A stretch of 64,000 nucleotides of DNA from a virus (lineage: Duplodnaviria; Heunggongvirae; Uroviricota; Caudoviricetes): the IMG/VR virus record IMGVR_UViG_3300035034_002381, positions 64,001 to 128,000 of that record; one strand, 5' to 3'. The notes below the pieces were generated by a model that searched no databases, was not told where the DNA came from, and saw only the letters and a list, made by a program, of their open reading frames with translations. The translations under genes were made by a program, and so were the position numbers. Position 1 is the first letter of the stretch. Each line of letters begins with the position of its first letter. Below, piece after piece: positions 18,918 to 28,687 of this stretch.

Positions 18918-19283
18918 GTGAAGTATATAATCAGTTATAAAGATCTTAATGAAAAAGTTGATTTGGATAAAGTCGAGCGATACGCAGATTTTCAAATGGA
19001 TCCCACTGATGTCGAGTTTAGTCGGCATTTTTTCGATAGACTTACAAGAATCGAACATAACGATGATGAGATAACTGATGATGATTTAATGGGATTTTTT
19101 AAAAGGTTAGCTAAACATAAAAAGAAGTTTCAAGATTTTATTGATCGTTATGATCAATTTATAGTTAAAGACAGAGAAACTCAAATTAATATTCCTTTTC
19201 AGAAAAGAATTGACCAAATAATTGCTAAAACTATTATGCGTAAAAAGGATTTTAAAACTCGAGATAAAGCTTACGTTATGTAA
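18918..19283 (+). CDS. Hypothetical protein with leader variant (MKYIISYKDLNE)
   Basis: Leader followed by a VEFSRHFFDR-containing domain. Confidence 0.55.
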   Translation: MKYIISYKDLNEKVDLDKVERYADFQMDPTDVEFSRHFFDRLTRIEHNDDEITDDDLMGFFKRLAKHKKKFQDFIDRYDQFIVKDRETQINIPFQKRIDQIIAKTIMRKKDFKTRDKAYVM

Positions 19284-19302
19284 AAGTGACTTCTATTTTT
19301 GG

Positions 19303-19310
19303 GATATATA
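19303..19310 (+). promoter_or_regulatory. GATATATA candidate late promoter
   Basis: Intergenic, 40 nt before ATG 19351. Confidence 0.5.
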
Positions 19311-19350
19311 CTAAAATTAAAACTGTAGGATAATCCCAAAAGTAAAAATA

Positions 19351-20586
19351 ATGAGTAATTTCAACAAATTTTTAAGCAACTTACCCACTGTGAAAGAAGT
19401 GGAAATCAAATCTTCTAATTCCAAGACATCAGTCATTTATCTTAAATCAACTGATAGGAATTCTCTCAAAGAAAATTTTTCAAAATATATTTCTGATATT
19501 GGTCTAGAATCAATTGAAAAAAGATCAAGTAGATCTAGTGTTAAAGCTGAAATAGTCAATACAGAAAATATCAATTATGAAATATTTTTTAAGCCTGTTT
19601 CTGGGGGTCAGTCTGAATCTACATTAAATGCTGCAATCACAGAACTTTTCCCTTGTATTGCCTTTATAGAAAATTTTCCAAATATTCAAGAGTCTCAAGA
19701 TTTTTATCAATTAATCTTAGAATCAGATACTCTCAAATGTTATCTCTCCGAAAATGATGCTGAGATGGGTAAAAGATTTATCACACAAGCTAAATATTCT
19801 ACTAAATTTGATGAAAAAATACAAAATGCGATTGCAATTTATAACTACATTAAAACACTAGATGAACAACAAAAAATCTCAGAATTGTTTTGGTGCCCAA
19901 GAGCTAAACCTGAAGGTATTGATAAAAACCATCCTGGTGATATATTCGTAAAGTTTACCAACCATTCATACATTGGAATTTCATTAAAGACAGGTAGCCA
20001 AAAATCAAATGAACCCAAACTTAATACTTATGTCAAACCTATTTTAGAATTTTTTAATGAATCTACCACAGATATTCAAAGGGAGTTAGGTGAATTAACA
20101 TATCAAAACTTAGGATTACCGGAAAGTTATTATACGAAGGAACATAAAGAAAGGACCTTTGACTTTCTTGAGAAATTAGAAGAAAACAATAAAGATATAT
20201 ACGAAGGATACTACAACAAAAACCTAGATTATTTACGAAGCAGATTAATTAAAGTTTTTACTGAGAATAATGATATTTTTGTAGATTTTATTAAACAAAA
20301 AATACTTAAAGATTTTGCAGAAGTACCTACAGTAGTTATTAAAGCAATTAATAAAGATTGGCAAGAAATTACTGAAAGTGATGAACTTTCTAAAGATATC
20401 GAACAGATTAAAAATATCACTGGAAGAATCCATCCAACAAGAAAACAACAATTTGAAATTGATTTAGATTTAGGTAATCAAGTTAAAAAAATGTCATTTT
20501 CAATTAGAACAAATAAACCGGCAGGTGTTATGCATAAATTAGGTCAATTTTATAATTTGGCAGTAAAATTTAATCATTACGAATGA
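19351..20586 (+). CDS. Putative PD-(D/E)xK restriction-endonuclease-like protein
   Basis: HPGDIFVKF...IGISLK arrangement of catalytic D and K. Confidence 0.55.
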   Translation: MSNFNKFLSNLPTVKEVEIKSSNSKTSVIYLKSTDRNSLKENFSKYISDIGLESIEKRSSRSSVKAEIVNTENINYEIFFKPVSGGQSESTLNAAITELFPCIAFIENFPNIQESQDFYQLILESDTLKCYLSENDAEMGKRFITQAKYSTKFDEKIQNAIAIYNYIKTLDEQQKISELFWCPRAKPEGIDKNHPGDIFVKFTNHSYIGISLKTGSQKSNEPKLNTYVKPILEFFNESTTDIQRELGELTYQNLGLPESYYTKEHKERTFDFLEKLEENNKDIYEGYYNKNLDYLRSRLIKVFTENNDIFVDFIKQKILKDFAEVPTVVIKAINKDWQEITESDELSKDIEQIKNITGRIHPTRKQQFEIDLDLGNQVKKMSFSIRTNKPAGVMHKLGQFYNLAVKFNHYE

Positions 20587-21191
20587 AAAGAAAACTTAAA
20601 ACTTACGATATGTTTCTAGAAAGCAGTGGAGATGAGCTGAATCTAAAAAGAAACAAATGGAAAAAAATGTCACGAAAAGACGCTGAAAAAGTAAGTGATG
20701 AAATCTATAATCTAATCGAAATAGCATATTCAGAAATTGGTGGTCATTTAAAGGTTAATAGTCCTGATGATGTTACTAAAGATGAATCTTGGAATTTTTG
20801 GGAAGGTGTTGATATTCACGATAGCCCTGATTTAGATGTAGTTATTTGGGGAAAGAAAACTAAATATGGTGTCAAATTTTCTGGAGTTGGACATGACGGA
20901 AAAAAAGATTCAAAAAGAAAATATTTAGATCAAAGAGGTTCTGATTTGAAAAATTTAGGATTTTTTATTGAGGTAAGCGGAAAACTTGCAGAAATTTTAA
21001 TGGCAAAATACGAAGTACCGTATGTCGAAGGAGAAGAAAATATCAACAAAATTCTTAATAAACAAGTAGAATATCATGGTGATCATCCTGTAGATGCTTC
21101 TTTACCTGGTAAAGGATGGTATTCAAGAAAAATAGGTGGAAAGCTTATGTCTAAAATTGTTTTAGGAAGACCGAAAGGAATTAAGTCATGA
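20583..21191 (+). CDS. Leader-bearing hypothetical protein (MKRKLKTYDMFLES)
   Basis: Leader present; the domain (IYNLIEIAYSEIGG, GVKFSGVGHDG) is not assigned. Confidence 0.55.
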   Translation: MKRKLKTYDMFLESSGDELNLKRNKWKKMSRKDAEKVSDEIYNLIEIAYSEIGGHLKVNSPDDVTKDESWNFWEGVDIHDSPDLDVVIWGKKTKYGVKFSGVGHDGKKDSKRKYLDQRGSDLKNLGFFIEVSGKLAEILMAKYEVPYVEGEENINKILNKQVEYHGDHPVDASLPGKGWYSRKIGGKLMSKIVLGRPKGIKS

Positions 21192-21886
21192 AGATAATGT
21201 ATTTACATGGCCTTGAAAGTAAAGGGTCAACAAAAAAGGATAAAATACTGCGGGAATATGGAGAGTTATATTCACCGGCCTGTTATTATAAATCTAATCT
21301 AAATACAATCTATAAAAGCCTACTTTATGAGGCGGCAGTTTTTGAACCTGATATAATTATTGGTTCTTCAATGGGTGGATTAATTGCTTATCATCTAGGT
21401 AATAGATTAAACAAACATTTGATTTTATTTAATCCAGCTTTGTATGAACAATCAATAGATATTCAATATAAATTTGATGCATCAAATTCTAAAAATGTAA
21501 TCATTCTTCAGGGCGACAAAGATGTTGTTGTTGATCCTAAAGTTACACAGAAATGGTTAAAAGATAATCATAAAGGATCATACACAATTGAAAAATATTC
21601 AGGTGGTCATAGAGTACCAGTCAATGTTTTCAAAGACGCAATGAAAAAATTTATGATTAGTGAAAGATATGTTTATAAGTATTCTGATTTACTTTTAGAA
21701 AAAGCAACTTCAAAAGCTCAACAAAGAGCAGCCGGAATGGCTTATTCAGCTAAAAAGGGCGATATGGATCCTGATGAATTAGAAGGAGCTGCCAAAGAAA
21801 TGTATGACGGTATGTCAGAAGAACAATTAAAGAAATTTGCTAAAACTAAACACAAAAATTTACCAGATAAAGTTAACAAAAAATGA
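21188..21886 (+). CDS. YqiA-like alpha/beta hydrolase fused to a DUF3008-like module
   Basis: YLHGLES, GSSMGG nucleophile elbow, GDKDVVV and GGH motifs. C-terminal ATSKAQQRAAGMA...KTKHKNLP. Confidence 0.75.
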   Translation: MKIMYLHGLESKGSTKKDKILREYGELYSPACYYKSNLNTIYKSLLYEAAVFEPDIIIGSSMGGLIAYHLGNRLNKHLILFNPALYEQSIDIQYKFDASNSKNVIILQGDKDVVVDPKVTQKWLKDNHKGSYTIEKYSGGHRVPVNVFKDAMKKFMISERYVYKYSDLLLEKATSKAQQRAAGMAYSAKKGDMDPDELEGAAKEMYDGMSEEQLKKFAKTKHKNLPDKVNKK

Positions 21887-22194
21887 AAAAAGCACAAAAG
21901 AAACCTATCATTATAGAGTTTATTCGACTCACAGATTCTAATATAAAGGAAGTTTACGAAGCAATTCATACAACAAAGGTGAACACACCAAACCTCAAAG
22001 CTCAAGATAGTTGGGATATCTATGAAGACATCGTAAAAAATAATGGTATGCACTTAAAAACACCTGAAAGTGGAGGTGAAACGCAAATAGCGTCAATAGG
22101 TGACTATATTGTCTTTGGTAACTCAGAAAAATTGGGACGCCATTGTTGGCCTGTTAAACCAGATTACTTTGAATCAGCATATGATATTTTATAA
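21883..22194 (+). CDS. Conserved phage protein (KKPIIIE...IGDYIV...PVKPDYF family)
   Basis: Matches the common KKPVVIEA...GD.I...PCKPDIF phage pattern. Confidence 0.6.
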   Translation: MKKAQKKPIIIEFIRLTDSNIKEVYEAIHTTKVNTPNLKAQDSWDIYEDIVKNNGMHLKTPESGGETQIASIGDYIVFGNSEKLGRHCWPVKPDYFESAYDIL

Positions 22195-23199
22195 AAGTTG
22201 TTGCCATTTCCATGCATGTATGAGTGCATCAGATAAGGTATATTGAGGACGCCATTTGAGAATTTGGTTTGCCTTTTTAGTGTCAGCAAAAATCGCTTCC
22301 ACGTCTCCTGCTCTTCTTGGACCATACTTCACTAGAAATTTTACTCCGTTTTCTTTTTTAAATGTATCAATAATTTCATCTACACTGTTTCCCTTTCCAG
22401 TACCAATGTTAAAAACATCATATTGAGGAGCTTCTTTTTGGCCGGTATATTCTAATGCTTGCACATGAGCTTCTGCTAAATCACACACATGAATATAATC
22501 TCTCACACATGTTCCGTCAACTGTTTTATAATCGCTTCCGAAAACTGTCAGTTCCTTCCTAATACCTGCCGCAGTTTGACAAACAAAAGGAATTAAATTG
22601 TCAGGTTTACCCAAAGGTAATTCACCGATTAGAGAAGAAGGATGAGCCCCAATAGGATTGAAATACCTTAATGAGATAAATTTTGTATCAATATTAGTAT
22701 TAGATAAATCCTCTACCATTCTTTCTCCAACTTGTTTAGTATAACCGTAAGGACTAAAAGCATTACCCATAGGCGTTTTTTCAAATACTTTAGTTGAGTC
22801 GGGTGATCCATAAACTGTACATGAGGATGAAAATACAAATCTTTGTATATTAAGTTTCTCAACTACATGAAGAATGGAAATCATAGATTTTAAATTATTA
22901 TCATAATATTTAAGTGGATTTTCTACAGATTCACCCACAGCTTTAAATGCTGCAAGGTGAATAATTCCTAAGATACCACCTTCCCTTTTGATAAGACTTA
23001 AAATTTCGTCAGAATTTCTACAGTCAATTTCATGAATCTTTTCTTTAAAACCTGTAATTTGTGAAATTCTTTTAGCAACTATACGTTTTGAGTTAGACAA
23101 GTTGTCTAATATAATAGGAGTGTAGCCAGCAGCACGAAGCGAAACAGCAATGTGCGAACCGATAAAACCAACACCACCTGTAAGTAAAATTTTATTCAT
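22189..23199 (-). CDS. galE: UDP-glucose 4-epimerase
   Basis: TGGVGFIG NAD-binding motif, SSSCTVYG, YGYTK (YxxxK), LRYFNPIGAH and RDYIHV. Confidence 0.93.
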   Translation of the reverse strand: MNKILLTGGVGFIGSHIAVSLRAAGYTPIILDNLSNSKRIVAKRISQITGFKEKIHEIDCRNSDEILSLIKREGGILGIIHLAAFKAVGESVENPLKYYDNNLKSMISILHVVEKLNIQRFVFSSSCTVYGSPDSTKVFEKTPMGNAFSPYGYTKQVGERMVEDLSNTNIDTKFISLRYFNPIGAHPSSLIGELPLGKPDNLIPFVCQTAAGIRKELTVFGSDYKTVDGTCVRDYIHVCDLAEAHVQALEYTGQKEAPQYDVFNIGTGKGNSVDEIIDTFKKENGVKFLVKYGPRRAGDVEAIFADTKKANQILKWRPQYTLSDALIHAWKWQQLL

Positions 23200-23203
23200 T
23201 TTC

Positions 23204-23476
23204 TTAGATTTTAATATAATCCTCTATAATATCATCATCAATATCCGGACAATTCCATTCAGAAGAAAGATAATTAGCAAAATCTCGGAGTTCTATAAGC
23301 TTTAATATTTCATCAATTTCCGCATCAGAAAAATCACTCGTACTTTCATATCCTTTTTGGATACCGTGTTCGATAATTTGTCTAACTTGAGATTTAGATA
23401 ATCTGTTTCCTTTGTGAGAAAATGCACGATAAATTTTATTTAGGTTTTTTAAAGAACCCTCAAGATTAGCATGCAT
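23204..23476 (-). CDS. Hypothetical protein
   Basis: Packed in the minus-strand operon upstream of galE. Confidence 0.55.
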   Translation of the reverse strand: MHANLEGSLKNLNKIYRAFSHKGNRLSKSQVRQIIEHGIQKGYESTSDFSDAEIDEILKLIELRDFANYLSSEWNCPDIDDDIIEDYIKI

Positions 23477-23479
23477 AGT

Positions 23480-23734
23480 CTATGTTATTAAATTTGTTTT
23501 GTTAGGTTTCGCCTCATCAGGGATTCCACCAGGAATCTTTTCAGATACAAAGTCAGGAATTTTTCCACATAATGTACATTGAAAAGCGTCAATAGGAACA
23601 ATTTCTTCCTTACCGGTTTCTGACATAATTGCTGATAATCTTTTAATTAATGTCACAGGTTGAAACATTAAATTTTTTTGTGGGCAGCCACAGTCTTTGT
23701 AATCAAGCTTGGCAATATCAATTTGTTTCTGCAT
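23480..23734 (-). CDS. Small Cys-containing (probable Zn-binding) protein
   Basis: CKDCGC-type and CTLCG cysteine pairs (DCGC, CTLC); first gene of the minus-strand operon. Confidence 0.6.
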   Translation of the reverse strand: MQKQIDIAKLDYKDCGCPQKNLMFQPVTLIKRLSAIMSETGKEEIVPIDAFQCTLCGKIPDFVSEKIPGGIPDEAKPNKTNLIT

Positions 23735-23841
23735 AGTTTTTGAAAATTTTGAAAAGCTTCTTTAGTTTTAAAGCTTTTAAGTTTATAAAATAAGTCTAAG
23801 CCGAATGTATACCTTACAGTTTTTAGGATACTTACAGTAAA

Positions 23842-23870
23842 TTATATTAGGTCTTGGGCCAAAAAGTTTT
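23842..23870 (-). promoter_or_regulatory. AAAACTTT-N15-ATATAA candidate promoter (leftward)
   Basis: Same bipartite motif as at 23914, 46195 and 59958; oriented toward the galE operon. Confidence 0.45.
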
Positions 23871-23913
23871 AGTTTTTTACTTTTTAACAAATATTTAACA
23901 TTCAAGGTTTTTT

Positions 23914-23941
23914 AAAACTTTCTATAGTCAATATTATATAA
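23914..23941 (+). promoter_or_regulatory. AAAACTTT-N14-ATATAA candidate promoter (rightward)
   Basis: Ends 10 nt before ATG 23952; divergent from the 23842 copy. Confidence 0.5.
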
Positions 23942-23951
23942 AAATAAAACT

Positions 23952-24629
23952 ATGGCAAATTTACTATATATAGATGCAGAATGGGTCCCAATTTCAAAAG
24001 ACTTTTCTACTCTCCAAACTGAATTTCCACTTCATGCTGAGGCTTGGTCCCGTAGATGTGAAAAATTTAGAAATCAAGGTAAGCATGAAGGTTTATCAGA
24101 TTCAGAAATTTATTCTAATGAAGCAGGATTTTATCCCGAATTCATTAAAATGATTTGTATTAGTGCAGGTTATTATAAAGAAGATGAATGGCGCTGCGAC
24201 TCTTTTTACGGCCATGATGAAAAAGAAAATCTGGAGAAATTTGCAGATCTACTTTCAAAAACACAAAGCCATTTTAAACTTTGTGGTCATTCAATTAAAA
24301 GATTTGATATGCCCTTTATTGCTAAGCGTATGGCTATCAATGGAATCAAAATTCCTTATGATTTAAATAACGGTGATAAAAAACCGTGGGAAATCACAGC
24401 AGTTGATATCGCAGAAGAATGGGGATTTGGATGTAACCAAGAAAAATACACACCATTAGATTGGATTTGTGTATCACTTGGAGTACCGACACCCAAAACA
24501 GATATTAGCGGAGCACAAGTTGCTGGAGCTTATTATAATGATAATCGTTTGGAAGATATTAAAGACTATTGTGAACGTGACGTTAAAGCTACTGCCGATA
24601 CATATCTCAAAATTAAAGAAGTAATATGA
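23952..24629 (+). CDS. Stand-alone PolB-type 3'-5' exonuclease (DEDDy)
   Basis: YIDAE, GHSIKRFDMPF and YCERDV Exo I/II/III motifs. Confidence 0.85.
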   Translation: MANLLYIDAEWVPISKDFSTLQTEFPLHAEAWSRRCEKFRNQGKHEGLSDSEIYSNEAGFYPEFIKMICISAGYYKEDEWRCDSFYGHDEKENLEKFADLLSKTQSHFKLCGHSIKRFDMPFIAKRMAINGIKIPYDLNNGDKKPWEITAVDIAEEWGFGCNQEKYTPLDWICVSLGVPTPKTDISGAQVAGAYYNDNRLEDIKDYCERDVKATADTYLKIKEVI

Positions 24630-24737
24630 CACTTACAACTGAAGAAATTGGAATTGTGATACTATCATTAGTTTAGTTTGTTACCTTTTATAGTAATTTC
24701 TACTGCTAAGTTTCAAAGAATTTAAAATAAAAACATT

Positions 24738-25249
24738 ATGCCAGAATGGGCCGAATTAAGAATAACCTCCGACTTTGTAAATAAGATTAGTGTTGGTAAA
24801 GGATTTATTAAAGCAGAAAAGTCTGATGTTTCCAAAGTGAAAACAGATTTAAGTTTTATGAATATGAATAGACCCTTTACAATTACCGCAGAATCTAGAG
24901 GTAAAGAATTGCGATTATCAATATCAGACCAAAAGGAAAGTAAGTATTTACTTATGTTTATGGGCATGAGTGGTGGATTTGCTTTGATTAGTCCTAAATA
25001 TAAGGACTATGATAAAGTTATGAAACATTCACATTTAAGATTCTATCGTGAGGATGGAATGATTTTATGTTTTCACGATATTAGAAGATTTGGTAAATGG
25101 AAGTGGGCCGACGAATGGTCAAATAAGTTCTAATGAACCAAAAATTATTTAGTGGTGTGGGTAATTATTTACGCGCAGAAATTCTGTGCAGAACTCAAGA
25201 TAATCCCTGGAAAAAACTTTCTGAATTTAATGCAGAAGAATTAGAATAA
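24738..25249 (+). pseudogene. Fpg/Nei (MutM-like) DNA glycosylase, broken
   Basis: MPEWAE N-terminus and FHDIRRFG end at a stop at 25133. The H2TH motif MNQKLFSGVGNYLRAEIL continues in another frame at 25133-25249, with the linker missing. Confidence 0.75.
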
Positions 25250-25397
25250 TACCTGTTAGATATAATCATGGTGTAATGGTTGAATCTATAAATCCAGATG
25301 GCACACTCAAGTCCCGACATCTTTTAGATATCAGACAATTAAACAAGGATATAATATTTGCAAGTAATGTTGAACAATTAGCAACAAAAAAATAAAA

Positions 25398-25607
25398 ATG
25401 AGAAAAATGAGAAAAATACTTACCGGACTTTATATAGTACTAGAAAAAAGAGAGAAAAAACCTTTAGGCGATATTTATACATATAGAAAAATGAATCCGT
25501 ATCCACTTACATGGTTCTTTATTTTCTTTGCCATACCTGTTTTAATTTTCCAGGTCGGATATACTGAAATGGGTGAAACATTGAAGGGTGTTTTTCAATG
25601 GAAATAA
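25398..25607 (+). CDS. Small membrane protein
   Basis: Hydrophobic stretch WFFIFFAIPVLIF. Confidence 0.5.
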   Translation: MRKMRKILTGLYIVLEKREKKPLGDIYTYRKMNPYPLTWFFIFFAIPVLIFQVGYTEMGETLKGVFQWK

Positions 25608-25646
25608 GTATTGATATGAATAAACCTAAGAAAAATATCTAATATA

Positions 25647-25654
25647 GATATATA
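25647..25654 (+). promoter_or_regulatory. GATATATA candidate late promoter
   Basis: Intergenic, at the head of the 25686-44649 structural block. Confidence 0.55.
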
Positions 25655-25685
25655 CTTCAAATCATAATAAAATCTTATTTGAAGT

Positions 25686-26513
25686 ATGGCTACAATAACA
25701 TTAAAAGACATTTTAGGAACTGATAATGTCGCATCATCTAGATTAGATGTTGCTCAGAATTTTCAAACAGTTCAAAATGCACTGAATACACTAGAACAAT
25801 TTCTAAACACTACTCCAGCAGGAGGTGATATAGGAATTGGGAATATTAAAGTGAACATTGGTGCAAATGCAGTAACGGACGTTCTGTTCGATCTCGAAGC
25901 TTCAGGTACAGTTGATGGAAACTTTTCAGTAAGTGGAGATTTGACAGTATCTGGTGCAATTTCATTAAGCGGAAATATTTCTGCGACCAATAAACTTTTA
26001 ATTACTGGTGCTGGAGCATCACCTGAATTTACTTTAGGAGGTGCGGGCGTTGTACCTTTTACTTTACAAGATGTAGTTTTCATCGACACTAAAATAGGTG
26101 CACCTGATTCTTACGATCCAACAGCTGAAACAGTTGGTGGTACAGGTAGACATGAATATGACCCAACTGAAAAACGTGGAGTAACTTTAGATTATACTCC
26201 TCTTGCTTCTAATGTCGGCGCATCAGTAATTCAACTCGCTGCTGGTGTAATTGGTCAAAGATTATATGTGACTGTTAGCGATCATGGAGATCCTGCAGAT
26301 ACAGATTCTGGTATTTATTTCGCAGACGCAAATTTCAACGCAAAATACGATGTTCTAGGGAGTGTTTCTACATATAACGGTAATTCCACAAACGTATCTA
26401 TCGGGTTTACTGGTACTACAGCGAATGAATTCAGAAGACAATGGGTCGAATTGGTTTATAAAGCTACAGGTTGGGAAGTTTATAATGCACACCCAGATGT
26501 TGTAGGACTTTAA
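25686..26513 (+). CDS. Putative virion structural protein
   Basis: Gly/Thr/Val-rich beta composition; fibre-like VDGNFSVSGDLTVSG segment. Confidence 0.5.
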   Translation: MATITLKDILGTDNVASSRLDVAQNFQTVQNALNTLEQFLNTTPAGGDIGIGNIKVNIGANAVTDVLFDLEASGTVDGNFSVSGDLTVSGAISLSGNISATNKLLITGAGASPEFTLGGAGVVPFTLQDVVFIDTKIGAPDSYDPTAETVGGTGRHEYDPTEKRGVTLDYTPLASNVGASVIQLAAGVIGQRLYVTVSDHGDPADTDSGIYFADANFNAKYDVLGSVSTYNGNSTNVSIGFTGTTANEFRRQWVELVYKATGWEVYNAHPDVVGL

Positions 26514-26527
26514 AAAATAATTAAAGA

Positions 26528-28687
26528 ATGGCTGTATCACCTTTTATAAAACCCATCCGGACTTCCGGTGGTTCATTTTACACATTTACTTCGGCATCTG
26601 AAGATTTAGGTTTTTCATTTAATAATGATGATAAGAAATTTAGATTTTCTAATTACGTGTGCCTTAATATTCCAGATATTCGAGGCGCTGACGCTAATCA
26701 AAATTGGGCACAATTTGATTCAGTACCAGGTAATTTTTCAATAGATGGTTCTAAATCATTAAATACATATTTAGGTGAGAGTTTACAAAATTATGCGCTT
26801 AACTTAGAAACTTCAATAATCACGGCGGATAGTTATAATCCCAATTTAGACAGATCAGTTTCCGAAAGAGTTTTCTTTAAGTGGTTAAAAGAAATCAATG
26901 TAATACGTTTTCGAGAAGCAAACTTATCTGAATTATCTGATGAGGTTTTTGGAGTACATTACGTTGAAGAAGACGAATCTGAAATATACTCAAAGGTAAT
27001 TCAATATATCGGCGGTATTGATGTAATTAATAACGTCAGAAATAAAGAAAACGCATATAGCGAGGTTTATGTACATATTCCCACTTCCCATGGTCGCCAG
27101 CCATCTATACTTTTCACAACCGAGGAAGATGATAACTATCGCCCAGACCTAGAATTTACAAATGATCCAGAAGATCCTTTAGATGGACCATATATTGTTG
27201 GTCGCAGTGTATCTGATATTCATCCCGCAGGACTGGATTTTGAGGCGCATTATGATTCTGAATTTGGAACATACGCTGCAGAATCTCCCACTTCAGGTGT
27301 ATCACCTGCCGCAGAATTATTTTATTGGGATGCAGTTAATTCACAATGGATAGACGAGACAGACCCTGATTTTTATTGGTGGTATCCAATACCTAAAGTT
27401 AATACATATTATTTAGAAAGAGATTTTTTCACAGATCCAGGCAACGATAAATTTAAAATTGATGATGGATCAAAAGTAGTTGAGTTTGTTAGAAGCCGGT
27501 TAGATGGAGTTTCAATGCAATTTAATCCAGCAACATACGCGGATATTGCGTCAAGTGCTAATATCAATAATTTTGGAGAACTTGCAGAATCGGGTTTAGC
27601 TGAAAATTTTGAATTCAACGCGGTACTTATTTATTATGAACTTTTTGATCCGTTGGATCCTGCAAATGCAGTTAGAAATTTATTTGGAGTCTTATTCCTA
27701 GATAATGTTGATCCTAAATCAGGCGGCGGTGGAGAAATTCCTAGATTAAAGAAATGGAAACCTAACCCAATAACCGGAGATAATGGTAACGCATATTCTC
27801 TTAAAATTAATTTAAAATTTGACGTCAACGCAGAGGATGTTTCTTCTGAAGTCACAATTAATGATTATAATACATTTTCCTTAGATTTATATGTGGACGC
27901 ATTAAACGAATTAAAGGAAACAACAAGAATTTTTAGAGAAAATTCAGCAAAATTAAGTGAAATTGAGACATTGTTAAATGATACTCGTGGTTTAGTTTTA
28001 GACAGCACAAATTCGGGAGAAATTTTATCAAGACTGAATTCTCTTGAAACTATAATTAATTCAAATCAAGAACTTTTTACAAACGCCAATCAACTGACTT
28101 CTTTAATTGAGAAAAACTATCAAGAAATACTTAATATCTATAACGGCGATACTTCTGTTGATGTAACATATAATTTAGATACCTTTCAACAAGGTCCTGG
28201 TATATTACTTAAAAAGAACGCAAATAACACAGTAGAAATATCTTCAGCTAATCAAGCATTTTCATTAACTAATTCACCAAGAGTTAGTGTAATGTCAGAT
28301 TTTGTTACTACTGCAAATAGATTTACATACGAAACTAATTTATTAAATTTTTCAAATTATTTAAGAATTACAGATGGTAGTGTTGACACACCCTTTGAAG
28401 TAGATCGAGATGTAGTCATTCAAATTAAAGACAATCCTTTTACTTGGAAAAAGGGTCAAAGATTTAGAATATCTTTTACACATGGGCTTAATTTATCCAA
28501 CACAAACGGTAATTTTAATTTCTTGATTTATACAGATTCTCAAGACACATTAAATACAGGCTTCAATTATTCAGCCGAAGTCGGAGTAGTTTCGTACACA
28601 CAATTTATTGCTCGAGGTAATGATCCAGTAATAGAAATAGTATGTATAGATCCATTAACCTTCGATTTTGATATAGATATATATTAA
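26528..28687 (+). CDS. Putative virion (tail/baseplate) protein
   Basis: 719 aa acidic ORF inside the structural block; no enzyme motifs seen. Confidence 0.5.
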   Translation: MAVSPFIKPIRTSGGSFYTFTSASEDLGFSFNNDDKKFRFSNYVCLNIPDIRGADANQNWAQFDSVPGNFSIDGSKSLNTYLGESLQNYALNLETSIITADSYNPNLDRSVSERVFFKWLKEINVIRFREANLSELSDEVFGVHYVEEDESEIYSKVIQYIGGIDVINNVRNKENAYSEVYVHIPTSHGRQPSILFTTEEDDNYRPDLEFTNDPEDPLDGPYIVGRSVSDIHPAGLDFEAHYDSEFGTYAAESPTSGVSPAAELFYWDAVNSQWIDETDPDFYWWYPIPKVNTYYLERDFFTDPGNDKFKIDDGSKVVEFVRSRLDGVSMQFNPATYADIASSANINNFGELAESGLAENFEFNAVLIYYELFDPLDPANAVRNLFGVLFLDNVDPKSGGGGEIPRLKKWKPNPITGDNGNAYSLKINLKFDVNAEDVSSEVTINDYNTFSLDLYVDALNELKETTRIFRENSAKLSEIETLLNDTRGLVLDSTNSGEILSRLNSLETIINSNQELFTNANQLTSLIEKNYQEILNIYNGDTSVDVTYNLDTFQQGPGILLKKNANNTVEISSANQAFSLTNSPRVSVMSDFVTTANRFTYETNLLNFSNYLRITDGSVDTPFEVDRDVVIQIKDNPFTWKKGQRFRISFTHGLNLSNTNGNFNFLIYTDSQDTLNTGFNYSAEVGVVSYTQFIARGNDPVIEIVCIDPLTFDFDIDIY

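Noticed and set aside
25266-25320. tRNA-like start CATGGTGTAATGGTT
   Set aside because: It resembles a D-arm, but there is no GTTCRA T-loop, no proper anticodon stem and no acceptor pairing. The stretch reads as a protein-coding remnant.
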